The position numbers and the translations under genes are program-made. A DNA stretch of 62,750 bases, the filler included, from Reclinomonas americana ATCC 50394 (taxonomy: Eukaryota), in assembly GCA_048213135.1 (NCBI GenBank). It is 4 parts of 2 records of this genome, joined end to end, with 100 filler letters (N's around TTAATTAATTAA, not from the genome) between each part and the next. Parts side by side here need not be neighbours in the genome. Positions count along the whole stretch, not along the records: positions 1 to 10,627 come from PS015387.1; positions 10,728 to 25,979 come from PS015387.1; 2 more parts are not named here. One strand, 5' to 3'. Below are positions 1 through 11,131 of the stretch, piece after piece. The notes beneath the pieces are model-generated. The model saw nothing but the letters and a program-made list of their open reading frames with translations. It made no database searches and had not been told where the DNA came from. The first letter of the stretch is position 1; the number at the start of each line of letters is the position of its first letter.

Positions 1-46
1 CCTGCGTCGTATCGTCATGTTGGAGTGAGAGCGAGTAGCAACGCGA

Positions 47-1358
47 ATGGGTATGTCGTACCCCCGTCTCCCCACGGAGAAGGAGGCTGTCTCTGTGAAG
101 AATTTCGAAGATCTTCATCGAGAGATGACAGGTGATCGTGTTGTGAGACTCGATCTCAGCGAGGAAGCAGTTCCGTGTGTACACACGCACACACTCGCAC
201 ACACATACATACACACACACGCACATACCCACGCTCGAAATTGCGTACAGGCAGCAGAAGTCTCTCCTCAGGATGACGACACCTCTCCACAGAACAGACT
301 GTTGGATCGCTCTCCTCTGGTTAACGATGTCTTGTATCTCTTCCGTGGTGGATTTGAGCTCCGCGCACGTGTGCTCGTCGAGTCGTTCAGAGCCGTCTTG
401 GACCTGTACATGATTGGAGACCTAGAGTATTCTCGCCACCACGTTGTGTACGGAGGTCGTGGAGAGTTCAAACTTGGGGCGCAACAAGGTCAGGGGCCAT
501 TCTGCACGTTCACCTCCGGCAGTGGAAGCATCCATGTCGGATCGCGCGGCATCATCATTCGTCTTGGTGATGGATCATCTGCCGTGCGGTACATCGTGCA
601 ATATGCCGACCTCCAGCAGCTGCGTACGCACCGCATCTGCGGCACTGCATTCATCTGAGCGCCCAGCTCACTTCCCAGCTCACAGGTCTCCAGATCTCGA
701 TCTCGTTTCCAGGCCCAGGCCCAGCGGTGGTGCTGGCCATGGGTCAGTTGCTTCTCTTCCACTGCTGTGCTGCGTTTCGTATTCACAGCCACTCATTGTT
801 TGTGTGGATAGCGTGCATGGATCGCCGAGGGTTTCTGCAAACAAGGTTGGGCGACCAGAAGGCTGTTTACGTGAGTTTGCATGCAGTCTGTAAAGAATCT
901 CATGAACATCGCAGTGTTTTTCAATAACATGGAAGCAGTGGCCGGGGGTGGGCGACAAAACCAGGAAGCAATGTTACCGCGGGTTGTAGGGCTGCTGCTG
1001 GATTCTCGTTTGTGTGTCTGACCTCGAGCTCTGTTGCTGCGACTGCAGTGCAAGCTGCCTACGTGAACAACTGCGTGCAACATCTGAAACCAGAAGCCGT
1101 GCTTACAAACCCAGAAGACGTACAACCGGAGCATCTGAAAGGTTTCGTGTCCAAGTCCATCATGGCCACACACCACAGTCTTTCATTGCCGGTGTCATCG
1201 ATCAACCAGATTTGTTTGAAGAGGGCTGCAAGAACAACGTCGACGAATTTGCCGACCTTCTCCGACGGGAGAAAGTTAGATTCTGGAGCATGGTGGCCAA
1301 TCAAGTTTGGGCGTGGCAGATGCGTAAGCAAGTATCGAAGTTCGTAAAATCGTTGTGA
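47..1358 (+). CDS. Hypothetical spliced coding sequence(s), one or two genes, no recognisable domain
   Basis: Open exon-like segments (e.g. 251-658 AAEVSPQ...GTAFI; ~1050-1358 VQAAYVNN...GVIDQPDLFEEG...SKFVKSL*) separated by GT..AG segments such as the CA-rich intron at ~175-250. No family recognised. Confidence 0.35.
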
Positions 1359-1408
1359 ATGTGTGCGGAAGGCAATCGTCCTTGTCGCTGTCCCTGTCGT
1401 CGTCTGTC

Positions 1409-2581
1409 ATGCCATGGAGAGCAGAGGTCGCAGCAGCGGATGAAGTGCCTCTCATCGACCTCACGCTGGACGCAGAGGAGCGTGCGGCCGCCGAACGCAT
1501 ATCACATCTGCTGAAAGAAAGGCGACGACAGCAACTGAACAAAGAAAAAGACTTGCAGGGAGAGTGTGATGTGTTTGCGGGGCACGTGTGGACCGAGTTT
1601 GGTGCATGGGTGCGGCAGCAGCGTGCAGAGACTGATGGAAGTGCAGTGGAAGCGTCGTTGCGACGATCGTCAGTGGAACAACTGGCAGCGACGCTGTTGG
1701 CGCGCTTGCCACCGGCACAGTCGGTGTGGCAGGAGGTGGTGAGTGTGAGCAGGCGTGTGTTGGATGCAGCTGCAGCAGCAGCAGCAGTGGGGAAGTCGTC
1801 GGTGGATGGAGGTGTCGAGTGGAGGCAGCGTGTGCGCCACGGTGAGCGAGCAGTGTCGCACTTGCGGGAGGTGCTGGACGAGGTGGCTGTTGCGTACCAG
1901 CGTTGTTATTGTTGCTGCGGCATGCGGGCGTTCATTGAGCCACATGTGCAGTCGGCGGCCGCGCATATCAGTCTGGATGTGACGGAGCTGGGCGAGTGGC
2001 GTGATCTGGTGGTGCGCGCGCGCGGTGTCGCCCTTTTGTGCCAGCTGCGTGCTGATTGTCTCTTTCGGGGTACAGAAACGCACACTGTCGCAGCCTGTGC
2101 CGCCCGCCGCAGAGCATCGATCGTTGCGTTTCTTTCCCACATGAGAAGTTGTCAGCAACAGCAGCAGCAGGCAAGCTCATGCTGTGGTGGCACAGACGAC
2201 TGCTGGCGGCGGTGCGATCGACGCGGCGGACGATGCGCGCCACGCTGGTCGCCTTGACCGAGGCACTGCAGCGAGTTGCACCCGCCGTGGCCAAGCTGCA
2301 GACCGCCATGAAGCGTGTTCGCCGCAAGCCGCCTGCACCAAGTCGCTCGACGCAAGTTGTTACGCCGACGCAGCGGTGGTGGGACGCGCAGCTGGATCCC
2401 GTGCGACGGCTGCAGCAGTTTCGCATGTTGCGTTGCGTCGCGCGTCGTGTTTGTGCAGAGAAGTGTCGGGCCTCATTTGCTGTGCTGTAGGGTCGGCACG
2501 TGGCTGGCGTGGACAGAGCACACGCTTGCGGTCGTGTGGCGCGCATGGCAGCAGCTCATTGCGTCGGCATGGTGGAGGTGA
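1409..2581 (+). CDS. Hypothetical helical protein
   Basis: Long ORF MPWRAEVAAADEVPLIDLTL... continues in a second frame (LMLWWHRRLL...RLQQFRM) and a third (VGTWLAW...AWWR*) via plausible short introns. No domain recognised. Confidence 0.4.
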
Positions 2582-2710
2582 TGAATGCACACGGATTTGT
2601 TGTTCACCAAAAATCGTCTAAGTAAAATGTAACAAGAGCAAGAAAAAAGGGGGAAAAGCACCTAAACAAAAAGAAGCCGGCACCACCACCGACACCAGCA
2701 CCACGGCTGT

Positions 2711-4849
2711 TTACCAGCGCTTCTGGCTGCGCTTGCGGATGGACACCATCACTGGTCGCTGCGGACCGGCCACTGTTTGTCGCCCCAAGCGAGTGAGCAA
2801 AAAAATCTTGAAAAAAAGACAGCAAGCACGCACGCCACTCACCCATCGACTCGTAGCTGACTTTGGGGAAGTTGCTGACGAGCTCGACATCGTAGGAGCC
2901 GAACAGCACAGCCATGATGGTGCGGATTTGCAGGTACGCAAATGTCTCGCCGAGGCAGCGGTGCACGCCGCGGCCGAACGCGATGAACGGGAACTCGCAC
3001 TTCTTCTCCTCGTCGCGCGGCGGCAACCAGCGCTCGGGCTCGTAGTTGTCGGGGTTGACAAAGATATCGGGGGCGCGGTGCGAGGCGGACTGCAACGGGA
3101 GTCAGCAACAAAAGGGGAGATGGACGCTGGGAGAGAGCAGCGACACACTCACCGGCGACACGACGAGGGTGGAGCCGGCGGGCACGATGCGATCGCCAAT
3201 CGGAATGTCGACCTTGCAGTAGCGCATGAGCATGATCAGAGGTGGGTACAGACGCAGGGCCTCCTTGATGCACAGCTGGAGGTACGTCATGCTGGTGACC
3301 GAATCGTAGCTGAGCACACCGTCGTGCTCGCGCAAAACGCTGCCAATCTCGGTCTCGGCCTGCGCAAAGTCACAAGAAGTGTCAATTTTGAGTATTCTGA
3401 AGGGGGGAATGCATGGCATAGGCACGGGTGCACACGCACCTTGGCGAAGCACTCGGGGTGCGTGGCCAGCAGCGCAACCGCCCACGTGGAGGTGATGGAC
3501 GAGGTGTGCTGGCCGGCAAACAGCGTGCCGAGCAGCAGGCCGCAGATCTCGTCGTCGTGCAGGTACTCGTGATCGTGGTCCTTGTACTTGGAGTACATCA
3601 GCACGTTCAGCAGATCAATGTGCTGTCGTGGGGGGGATACAAAGGTGAGACGCGATGAACAGTGTGGCGCGCGCGAGAGCGGCGCCATGGCCACAACGCA
3701 ACTCCCTCCTCCTTGTTCTCGCGGCGCTTGCGCATGACCTCCTTGAAGACGCGGCAAATCTCGAGGCGAGCGGCATCGCGGGCGCGCGCCGACGGCGACG
3801 GGATCCACGGCAGGAAGAAAGTGAGCGGGTTCAGGCCCTCCTCCAGCGTGTGGTACAGCTCGGCGAACTTGTTCTCCTTCAGGTTGTCGCGCACCTCCTT
3901 GCCGAGCAGGCAGCGGCTGGCGGTGAGAATCGTCAACTCGGCCATGCACTCAAAGAGCTCGAACTCGCCGCCCTCGCCGAACCTGCGAAAAGGGAAAGGG
4001 GTGAGGAAGGGGAGGGGGGAAAGGAAAGGGAGGAGAGGGAGGAAGGGAGGGGGTAATGGGAGAGGAGGGAGCGAGNNNNNNNNNNNNNNNNNNNNNNNNN
4101 NNNNNNNNNNNNNNNNNNNNNNNNNNNNNNNNNNNNNNNNNNNNNNNNNNNNNNNNNNNNNNNNNNNNNNNNNNNNNNNNNNNNNNNNNNNNNNNNNNNN
4201 NNNNNNNNNNNNNNNNNNNNNNNNNNNNNNNNNNNNNNNNNNNNNNNNNNNNNNNNNNNNNNNNNNNNNNNNNNNNNNNNNNNNNNNNNNNNNNNNNNNN
4301 NNNNNNNNNNNNNNNNNNNNNNNNNNNNNNNNNNNNNNNNNNNNNNNNNNNNNNNNNNNNNNNNNNNNNNNNNNNNNNNNNNNNNNNNNNNNNNNNNNNN
4401 NNNNNNNNNNNNNNNNNNNNNNNNNNNNNNNNNNNNNNNNNNNNNNNNNNNNNNNNNNNNNNNNNNNNNNNNNNNNNNNNNNNNNNNNNNNNNNNNNNNN
4501 NNNNNNNNNNNNNNNNNNNNNNNNNNNNNNNNNNNNNNNNNNNNNNNNNNNNNNNNNNNNNNNNNNNNNNNNNNNNNNNNNNNNNNNNNNNNNNNNNNNN
4601 NNNNNNNNNNNNNNNNNNNNNNNNNNNNNNNNNNNNNNNNNNNNNNNNNNNNNNNNNNNNNNNNNNNNNNNNNNNNNNNNNNNNNNNNNNNNNNNNNNNN
4701 NNNNNNNAGAGAGAGAGAACAGAAGAAAATGGAGAGACAGAGATGGAGCACGCAAAGGAGAGAGAAGAAAGATAAGAGTGGCACAGTGTAACACATCGAG
4801 AATGAAAGGAAGAGAAAGATGGAGAGAGAGCACACGCAGATTCACAGAC

Positions 4850-4899
<50 letters not shown>

Positions 4900-6388
4900 G
4901 CAGAGGCAGAGCGCGCAACCGAGAGAGACGGAACAAGAAAGATGAGAGACAGCACCAGGAAGAGAAGAGGAACAGGCAGATGCACTGAAGAATGTGCAGA
5001 ATCACGGACAGAGAGGCAGAAGTGCACGCAAGCGAAAGAAACAAGACGAGAGATATGAGAGGGACAGTAGGGAACAGAACAGAGAGATGGAGCACACACA
5101 CACACAGGAGAGAGAAGCAACAGCATCGCAACTTCTGCGCGTAGTAGTTGGTGGCCTCCTGCTCGAAGATGGTCACAAAGGCCTTGTAGCGCTCGACAAT
5201 CAGGGCTGCGCCGACACAAGTGAGTTGCTTGCGGTGCATATCAAGGCGTGCATGACTGACTCACCAGTGTTAACAAACTGCAGCTGCTGGCGCATGACCT
5301 TCGGCTCCGCGTCGTACACAATGCCGCGGCCGAAAACCGGGATCACAAAGCGATACACCTGCACGAGGGAATGAGTTAGTGGTGTGCATGAGAATGTTCG
5401 ACTTGCGAAAAAACAATGCGTGAAGAATGAGCACCGAGCAATAGATAACACAACGAGAAAGCAAAGGAGGGGGTGCATGACAGAAGAAGGTTCGACTTGC
5501 GAAAATCACGAAAAATAAGCATTGCCATGACAACGTGCCCAGGAAGTGAATGCGCGAGAGAGAACAACACACAACAGAGGGAGAGAGAGAGAGAGGATGC
5601 ACTCGCACACAGATTCCACGCAGCAAGAGATGCCGTGCATCTCGGTTTCTGCGCACCTCACGCGGGCTCAGCTCGTCGTCCTTGCGGTTGAAGAAGATAT
5701 CGTGACGAGTCGGGTGCGTCAGGAACGTCATGCGCTTGCCGAGAATGCTCGCCGTAAACACATCGCCGTACTGAAAAGGAATCTTTTCAGCGAAAAAAAG
5801 TGCGAGAAGCCGCAAAAAAAGGGAGGAGGGAGGGACGCAACACGGCGACGGCCCTCAAGCAGGAATGCCACCGGATTCTTGCCAAACGGAATGAGCGTGC
5901 CCAACACGGGCATCCAGCTGATCCACTCCGGCGGCGCATTCGAGTAAATGCGCTGCGCGGAATGATGTGAGAACATTGAATGATCCGGTGCATCTTCTTC
6001 TTCTTCTTCGAAAATAAGAACACAGCACATGCGCGTCGACACGTGCACGCACGCACACAAAGAGAAGAGAGAGAGAATGGTGCGGAGGATCACCCACACT
6101 CGCAAAGTGTCATGATGATCTCGCGCGCGGATGATCACGCGCATGGAAGAGAACCCGCTCTTGCATGTGCAGAGAAGCAGTGATCACAAGCCGTGGAGAG
6201 CAAGATCACAGTGGCAAGGGTCGAAAAACAACAACAACGTAGAAAAGAGTGCGCGCACGTTTTTCGAAAATGTCGCACCATGTCACGCACACAAAAAAAC
6301 ACCCACTCACCACCTTGATCAGCGACCACAAGTACCGCACCACCAGCAGGCCCACAATCACCGCCGCAATGTCAAACGCCAAACCCAT
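2711..6388 (-). CDS. CYP51: Sterol 14-alpha-demethylase (cytochrome P450 family 51), multi-exon
   Basis: N-terminal anchor MGLAFDIAAVIVGLLVVRYLWSLIK; SRS1 SPREVYRFVIPVFGRGIVYDA; I-helix GTLFAGQHTSSITSTW; KEALRLYPP; PERW; heme motif FGRGVHRCLGE. GT-AG introns; the N gap 4076-4707 lies in an intron. Confidence 0.95.
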
Positions 6389-6482
6389 TGCTCCCACACA
6401 AACAAAAACAACAAGAAATGCAATTGTCCAGATTCTAAAGAGCGAGCAACAAAACATCTGTCCCCTTTCATAAACACACATT

Positions 6483-7238
6483 ATGCGCGCGCACAGTGCC
6501 GCCTTTGTGGTGGCCGTGGCGCTGAGTGTGATGACAGTGACGGTGATGATGATGGCAGAGTCGGCGCATGCCAAGACAAAAGTCGTCTTGGAGGCGCCCG
6601 GAGGATGATCTTTGGGTCGGGTGAGTGTGCACTCTCACTCACTTGCACACGCATACACAGCAAAGACACACAGAAGGCACGCGCAGTGCACAGAGTGAAG
6701 AGCCGCACTTGTGAACATCTCTCGTCATGTTCGAGAGCAGTTGGGCACTTTTTTCATACTTACTGATTCTCTTTGTGTTGTACGCGTGTTCTTATGCGCA
6801 GCGCTTTCCCAGTGTAAAGCAGGTGAGCTTATTCTTCATTCACGCGATGCCCATCTCCGCTGATGCTAACAACGACGACAACAACACAGTTCATCACTTC
6901 TCATGCTCGGGAATTGTTGCGCCTCCATCATTGTCTCACTGCGTAGTGTGGGCGCTTACTGATTCTCTGATGTGTGTGTCTGTCTCGTTAGCCCCGAGGT
7001 GGAGGTGTCGCACCGCAGCAGTGTGTCAGCGCGATTGATGTTGGTGGACGACAGCGATGCGTCGGGTGTGCCGTCGGATTCTGTGACGCTGCATGCCGAC
7101 ACGTCGATTGCCGACCTGTTGAGCATGGTCGGCGACTTTGTCGAGTCGGCTCGTGAGGCCAATGGGCTCGCCCTCACCGCCCAGCTGAAGGCGCAGGCCG
7201 AGCAGAATCCGTTCCGGCCGTCCACGTGTGGCGGGTAA
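6483..7238 (+). CDS. Sep15/SelM-family selenoprotein (143 aa, Sec at codon 42), signal peptide
   Basis: Exons 6483-6620, 6802-6822, 6890-6915 and 6992-7238 splice in phase to MRAHSAAFVVAVALSVMTVTVMMMAESAHAKTKVVLEAPGG-U-SLGRRFPSVKQFITSHAREFPEVEVSHRSSVSARLMLVDD...STCGG*. This aligns by eye to Sep15 ILEVCG-U-KLGRFPQVQAFV. TGA at 6606-6608; SECIS downstream. Confidence 0.88.
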
Positions 7239-7292
7239 AGCAACGAGCTTGTCTGCGAGGTGCTTTCTTGCTGCTCTTGTCCCTTTGCGTGT

Positions 7293-7372
7293 GAAGTCGT
7301 GTGAGGCCTCGTCTCCATCAAACCTCGGTGTCTTGTCGCACTGGAGGGGGAGCGTGAGCTGATTTGGATTTC
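7293..7372 (+). promoter_or_regulatory. SECIS element (type II, GUGA core) in the selenoprotein 3' UTR
   Basis: Helix I GAAGTC (7293-7298) / GATTTC (7367-7372); core GTGAG (7301) ... TGAT (7360); ~11-bp helix II with bulges; unpaired AAA at 7320-7322; apical mini-stem CCTC-GGTG / CACT-G-GAGG. Starts 55 nt after the TAA. Confidence 0.82.
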
Positions 7373-7480
7373 TTCTTCCACTTCTACCGCGGAGGGACTT
7401 GGGCGGCGAATGAAACGCACGTCGTTATTCTTCTAATGACATTGTTTCGGATTGTAATGGTGTGGGAGACGAGTGGTCAC

Positions 7481-10055
7481 TTAGGGTTCGGCCGCCGTGT
7501 GCTTTTGCGCTTTCCGGATGGTGAACGCGGAGCGGCGGGCGGAACGATCGACAGTGAAGCAGGTGTTCTTGATGTCGGGGTCGAACGGGGCGCAGTGAGC
7601 CAGTTCCCACACGCCGATTGACTTCCTCGGTCCCTCGGGCGTGTTGTGCACACACTGCTCCAGATCGATATCGTCGCGGTGCTCGAGTACCACTGGCGAC
7701 AAAAGAAAATCAGTGAGCGGGATCAACACCAACAGAAGACAGTTGTTGTTGTTGTTGTGCACGCACCATCCAGGAGATCCTTGATCATGCGACGATGGTG
7801 GCGCTCCGCATTCGCCGTGTTGAGGTGCAGGCCGGGGTTGGAGTTCACCTCGATCAGCATCGGTCGCCAGTCGGCGTCGATGAGAATGTCAAAGCCGAGC
7901 GGCTGGAACGCGTTGTCAATGTGACCTGTGGTTGGAGGGTGGTCAGTGGCACGGTGCACCGCAGAGGAAAGAGAGAGAGAGATAGAGAGGCAAACCGTCG
8001 CGTGGCCAGGCGGCGAGCGTGCGCTTGATGAGGTCCTTGATGCGCGGACGCAGGGTCTTGTCGTAGTAGCCGGCGCCCTTGACCTCGCTGGAAAGAGGGG
8101 AAGGCGGTGAGAGGCGGAAGAGGGAGGCGAGGGAAGGGAAAAGGAGAAGGAGGAAGACAATAGAATGGGAAGTAAACGAGAAACAAGAGAGCACGATGAC
8201 TGAGAGCAGCGAGTTGGGTGAGCACGAGATCAGCGAAACAAGTAAATATGCAGCAAGGCAGGTGAACATGAGTAGAGAAACAAAAGATCGCAACACTACT
8301 GCAGCAACACAAGCAAAACAAGAGAGCAGTGAGACAGTGATCACGTGGGCATAGACAGTCAGTACAGAATCGTGAAAGTATGAGCAGAGAGACAAGCAAG
8401 AAATGCGAGAACAGTGAGACAGTGATACGTGACGGGACAGGCGAACGAGGCAGCAGCGAGACAGTGTGTACGAGAGCAGCGAGACTATAAATATGAGAGC
8501 ACACACAGAGAGAGAGGCCAACGTGAGAGCCGAAAGACAGTGGGTACAAGAGCAGCAAGGAAGGAATGAACACGAAAAGTGTGGCAGGCGAGCGCGAGCT
8601 GGTGAGCACACGGGCATCGACAGGGGTGAGCAGTGGGCACGAGCAGTGGCCAGAAGAGCAGAGAGACGGGTGGGCACAAGATCAGGAAAGCAAGAGAGCC
8701 GTGAGATGAACAGGAGAACAGATCGTGCCTCGTCACGCAACTCCACATACTGGATGAACGTGGCAGAGTCCCACTGGTTCTCAGGCACGCCATCCACGGT
8801 GCCAAAGTCGTCGGACTGCAACTGCACCTGTGCGTTGGTGATGTGCCGGAAACTATGCATCGAGCACAGTGAGACATGAGAAGCGGTAAAGCATCTCGGC
8901 ATCCCACGCAACTTGTCCTTGATGGCGACTCCATCAGTGTCGTACTCGGACGACGAGAAGCGGCAGTAGTAGTCAGTCGAGATGTAGAACACCATGGGAT
9001 TCAGCGAGGTGACCTGTGCGCGTGCGGACGGTGAGTCGCGAGTGGCGTTTGCGGAGCGCTGAGCCGACGAACCAGCACCCACTGGCGAATGTCAAATTTG
9101 TAGCCGCGGATCAGCAGCGGCGGGTCAATGTACCGCTGCACCACAAACGTGCTTGGAATCGGCCTCGTGTCCACATGATCCACCGCCTCGGCGGCATTGT
9201 CGACGAGGAAAATGCCTGGCCCGCACCAACATAATCAGCGAGAAGTGAGCACACACACACGGACTGATGAAAGTTGACGCACCGACACCGCGACCCAGGT
9301 TGGCCTGCTTGACGATCCACGCCTCGCGCTTCACAGGCGTCAGACTCGCGTCGGCACCCACCTCCACCGCCTCGGTGGCACGCTGCACGAACGCTCTGCG
9401 CTCCTCATCGTCGACACCGGTGGTGAGAATGTAGGTCTCGGGTGAGAACTCGGCCACAGCCGCTTTGCCGTCTGTGCGTGGAGCGGGAGGGCGACCTCAC
9501 ATCAAAACTGGAGTGAGATCGCATGTGCCACGCAATGCGCACGCAACAAGCAGACTCGAGTGTGCGGACCATCTCGGCCTTGTTGTCGAGAGTGTGCGCA
9601 TTGCAGAAGTGATTGACCAGCTGTCGATGAGGCGTGATGGGCACCACACGGGCGTAGGTGTAGCTCCACTTTAGGTTGGCGGCTTGTCTGCAGTGGGGTG
9701 ATGAGCACGGGGGATGATGTGTTTGTGTGGGGAAAAGAGAGAGAGAGAGTAACAAACTTGGTGAGTTGGCGTGCTGGTTTCCATCCGCGCGCGTCCAGCT
9801 CATCGCGCAGCACCTTCATGCCACTGGTGCTGTCGATCCAGTACAAGTACTGCCAGCCTGTGCGAATGTCAGAGAGAGAGTGGGGAGAGAAAGGAGGCCA
9901 AGAAAGAAAGGACCTTTGCGATTGAATGCATACGGCGGCTCTGCTTCTTCGTCCTTCTCGCTCGCCGCCGACGACTTGCTGGCGCAGTCGGCGCATGCAA
10001 TGAGAGCGAAGAGGAGGATGGAGAGGGAGACGAGGGCGAGAGTGTGTCGGCGCAT
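7481..10055 (-). CDS. Tubulin-tyrosine-ligase-like (TTL/TTLL ATP-grasp) protein with N-terminal signal peptide
   Basis: Motifs LVNHF, [72 protein letters not shown]. N-terminus MRRHTLALVSLSILLFALIACADC. Confidence 0.9.
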
Positions 10056-10322
10056 GAGTGAGAGGCGGTCGGAAAAATAGGTTTTGGACATTCGGTGGAT
10101 CGAACGCAAGAATTTGAAAGCCCTTTGGCTGCGTGCAGGTCAGCGCCTTGAAGGGGATGATCGTATGGATGCATCCCAGACTGCGGAGGAGGAAGTAAAG
10201 GATAAAATTGCAGGGGGAAATAATGCGATCCAGAAACTGGCGCATGCAATAAATACCGATATCGATCGCGATTGCAACTAACAACAACAACTTTACTAAT
10301 CCAAACAGCAGCAGCTGTCTTG

Positions 10323-10627
10323 ATGACCAAGTTCAACCGTATCCAAAACATCAACACAGACACCAATCTTGAGGCAGCAGCAGGTTCCTTGTGTGTTTGT
10401 GTTCGCTCTCGGAGCTCCGAACAAGTCGAGAACTGCGATCTTCACCGCACAAGCGTGGTTGACCACGTGCTTCCCGAAGGCGATCACCCAGAGCAACAAC
10501 ATAATCAGGGTCGAATGGAAGGGAATTAAGGGGAATGGGTTCATGGAACGGCTTTCGAAGGCGGAACAGAAGTACGAGTCTGTGGACACGCCGTTGCCAA
10601 CGACGAGACTCAGCAAACATATTGTTG
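10323..10627 (+). CDS. 5' fragment of hypothetical gene truncated by scaffold end
   Basis: MTKFNRIQNINTDTNLEAAA, then a probable intron, then AWLTTCFPKAITQSNNIIRVEWKG...SKHIV running into the linker. Confidence 0.35.
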
Positions 10628-10727
10628 NNNNNNNNNNNNNNNNNNNNNNNNNNNNNNNNNNNNNNNNNNNNTTAATTAATTAANNNNNNNNNNNNNNNNN
10701 NNNNNNNNNNNNNNNNNNNNNNNNNNN
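10628..10727. other. Artificial scaffold linker (N44-TTAATTAATTAA-N44)
   Basis: Six-frame-stop 12-mer flanked by Ns; identical to 25980-26079 and 56406-56505. Confidence 0.97.
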
Positions 10728-11131
10728 AATTGTTGTTGTTGTTGTTGTTGTTGTGTAATTGTTTGGGTTAGTAAAGTTGTTGTTGTCGTTTGCATGCAGA
10801 CGCAGCCGGTGAACTTTTTCAAGGAGGATGTTCTCGCAAGTTCCTTTGTAAGACTATTGGGCGTGAGGATTACGACGGCCACGAAGCTGGCTCGATCGGT
10901 CTGTCATCAATTCTGTGCCGTATCCAAGTGGCGACACCTGCGTCGATAATTTGTTGCATCGAGTGCGCGTGCTGTCATATTTGGTGGACAACATGGTGGC
11001 AACGCCGGCGCGTTACAAGCCGTCGCAGCTGCTTGCGGCAGTCGAGGGCGCTGGACAAGCTAGGAATCGAGAGGCGTTGGTAAAGGTCACGCACAAAGGT
11101 ATCGAAAAATGTAGTCTATCTAATTGTTGGT

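Noticed and set aside
7410..7453. ATGA-initiated hairpin as a second SECIS
   Set aside because: The GA is Watson-Crick paired, there is no GA/GA quartet geometry and no apical AA.
10672..10683. Palindromic TTAATTAATTAA repeated three times in the window
   Set aside because: Always centred in N44 pads, so an artificial concatenation linker. Genes across linkers are not real neighbours.
10850..11120. Frame DYWA*GLRRP... as a possible selenoprotein
   Set aside because: TAA just upstream, no recognisable family or SECIS, and the reading frame of this scaffold-edge fragment is unresolved.
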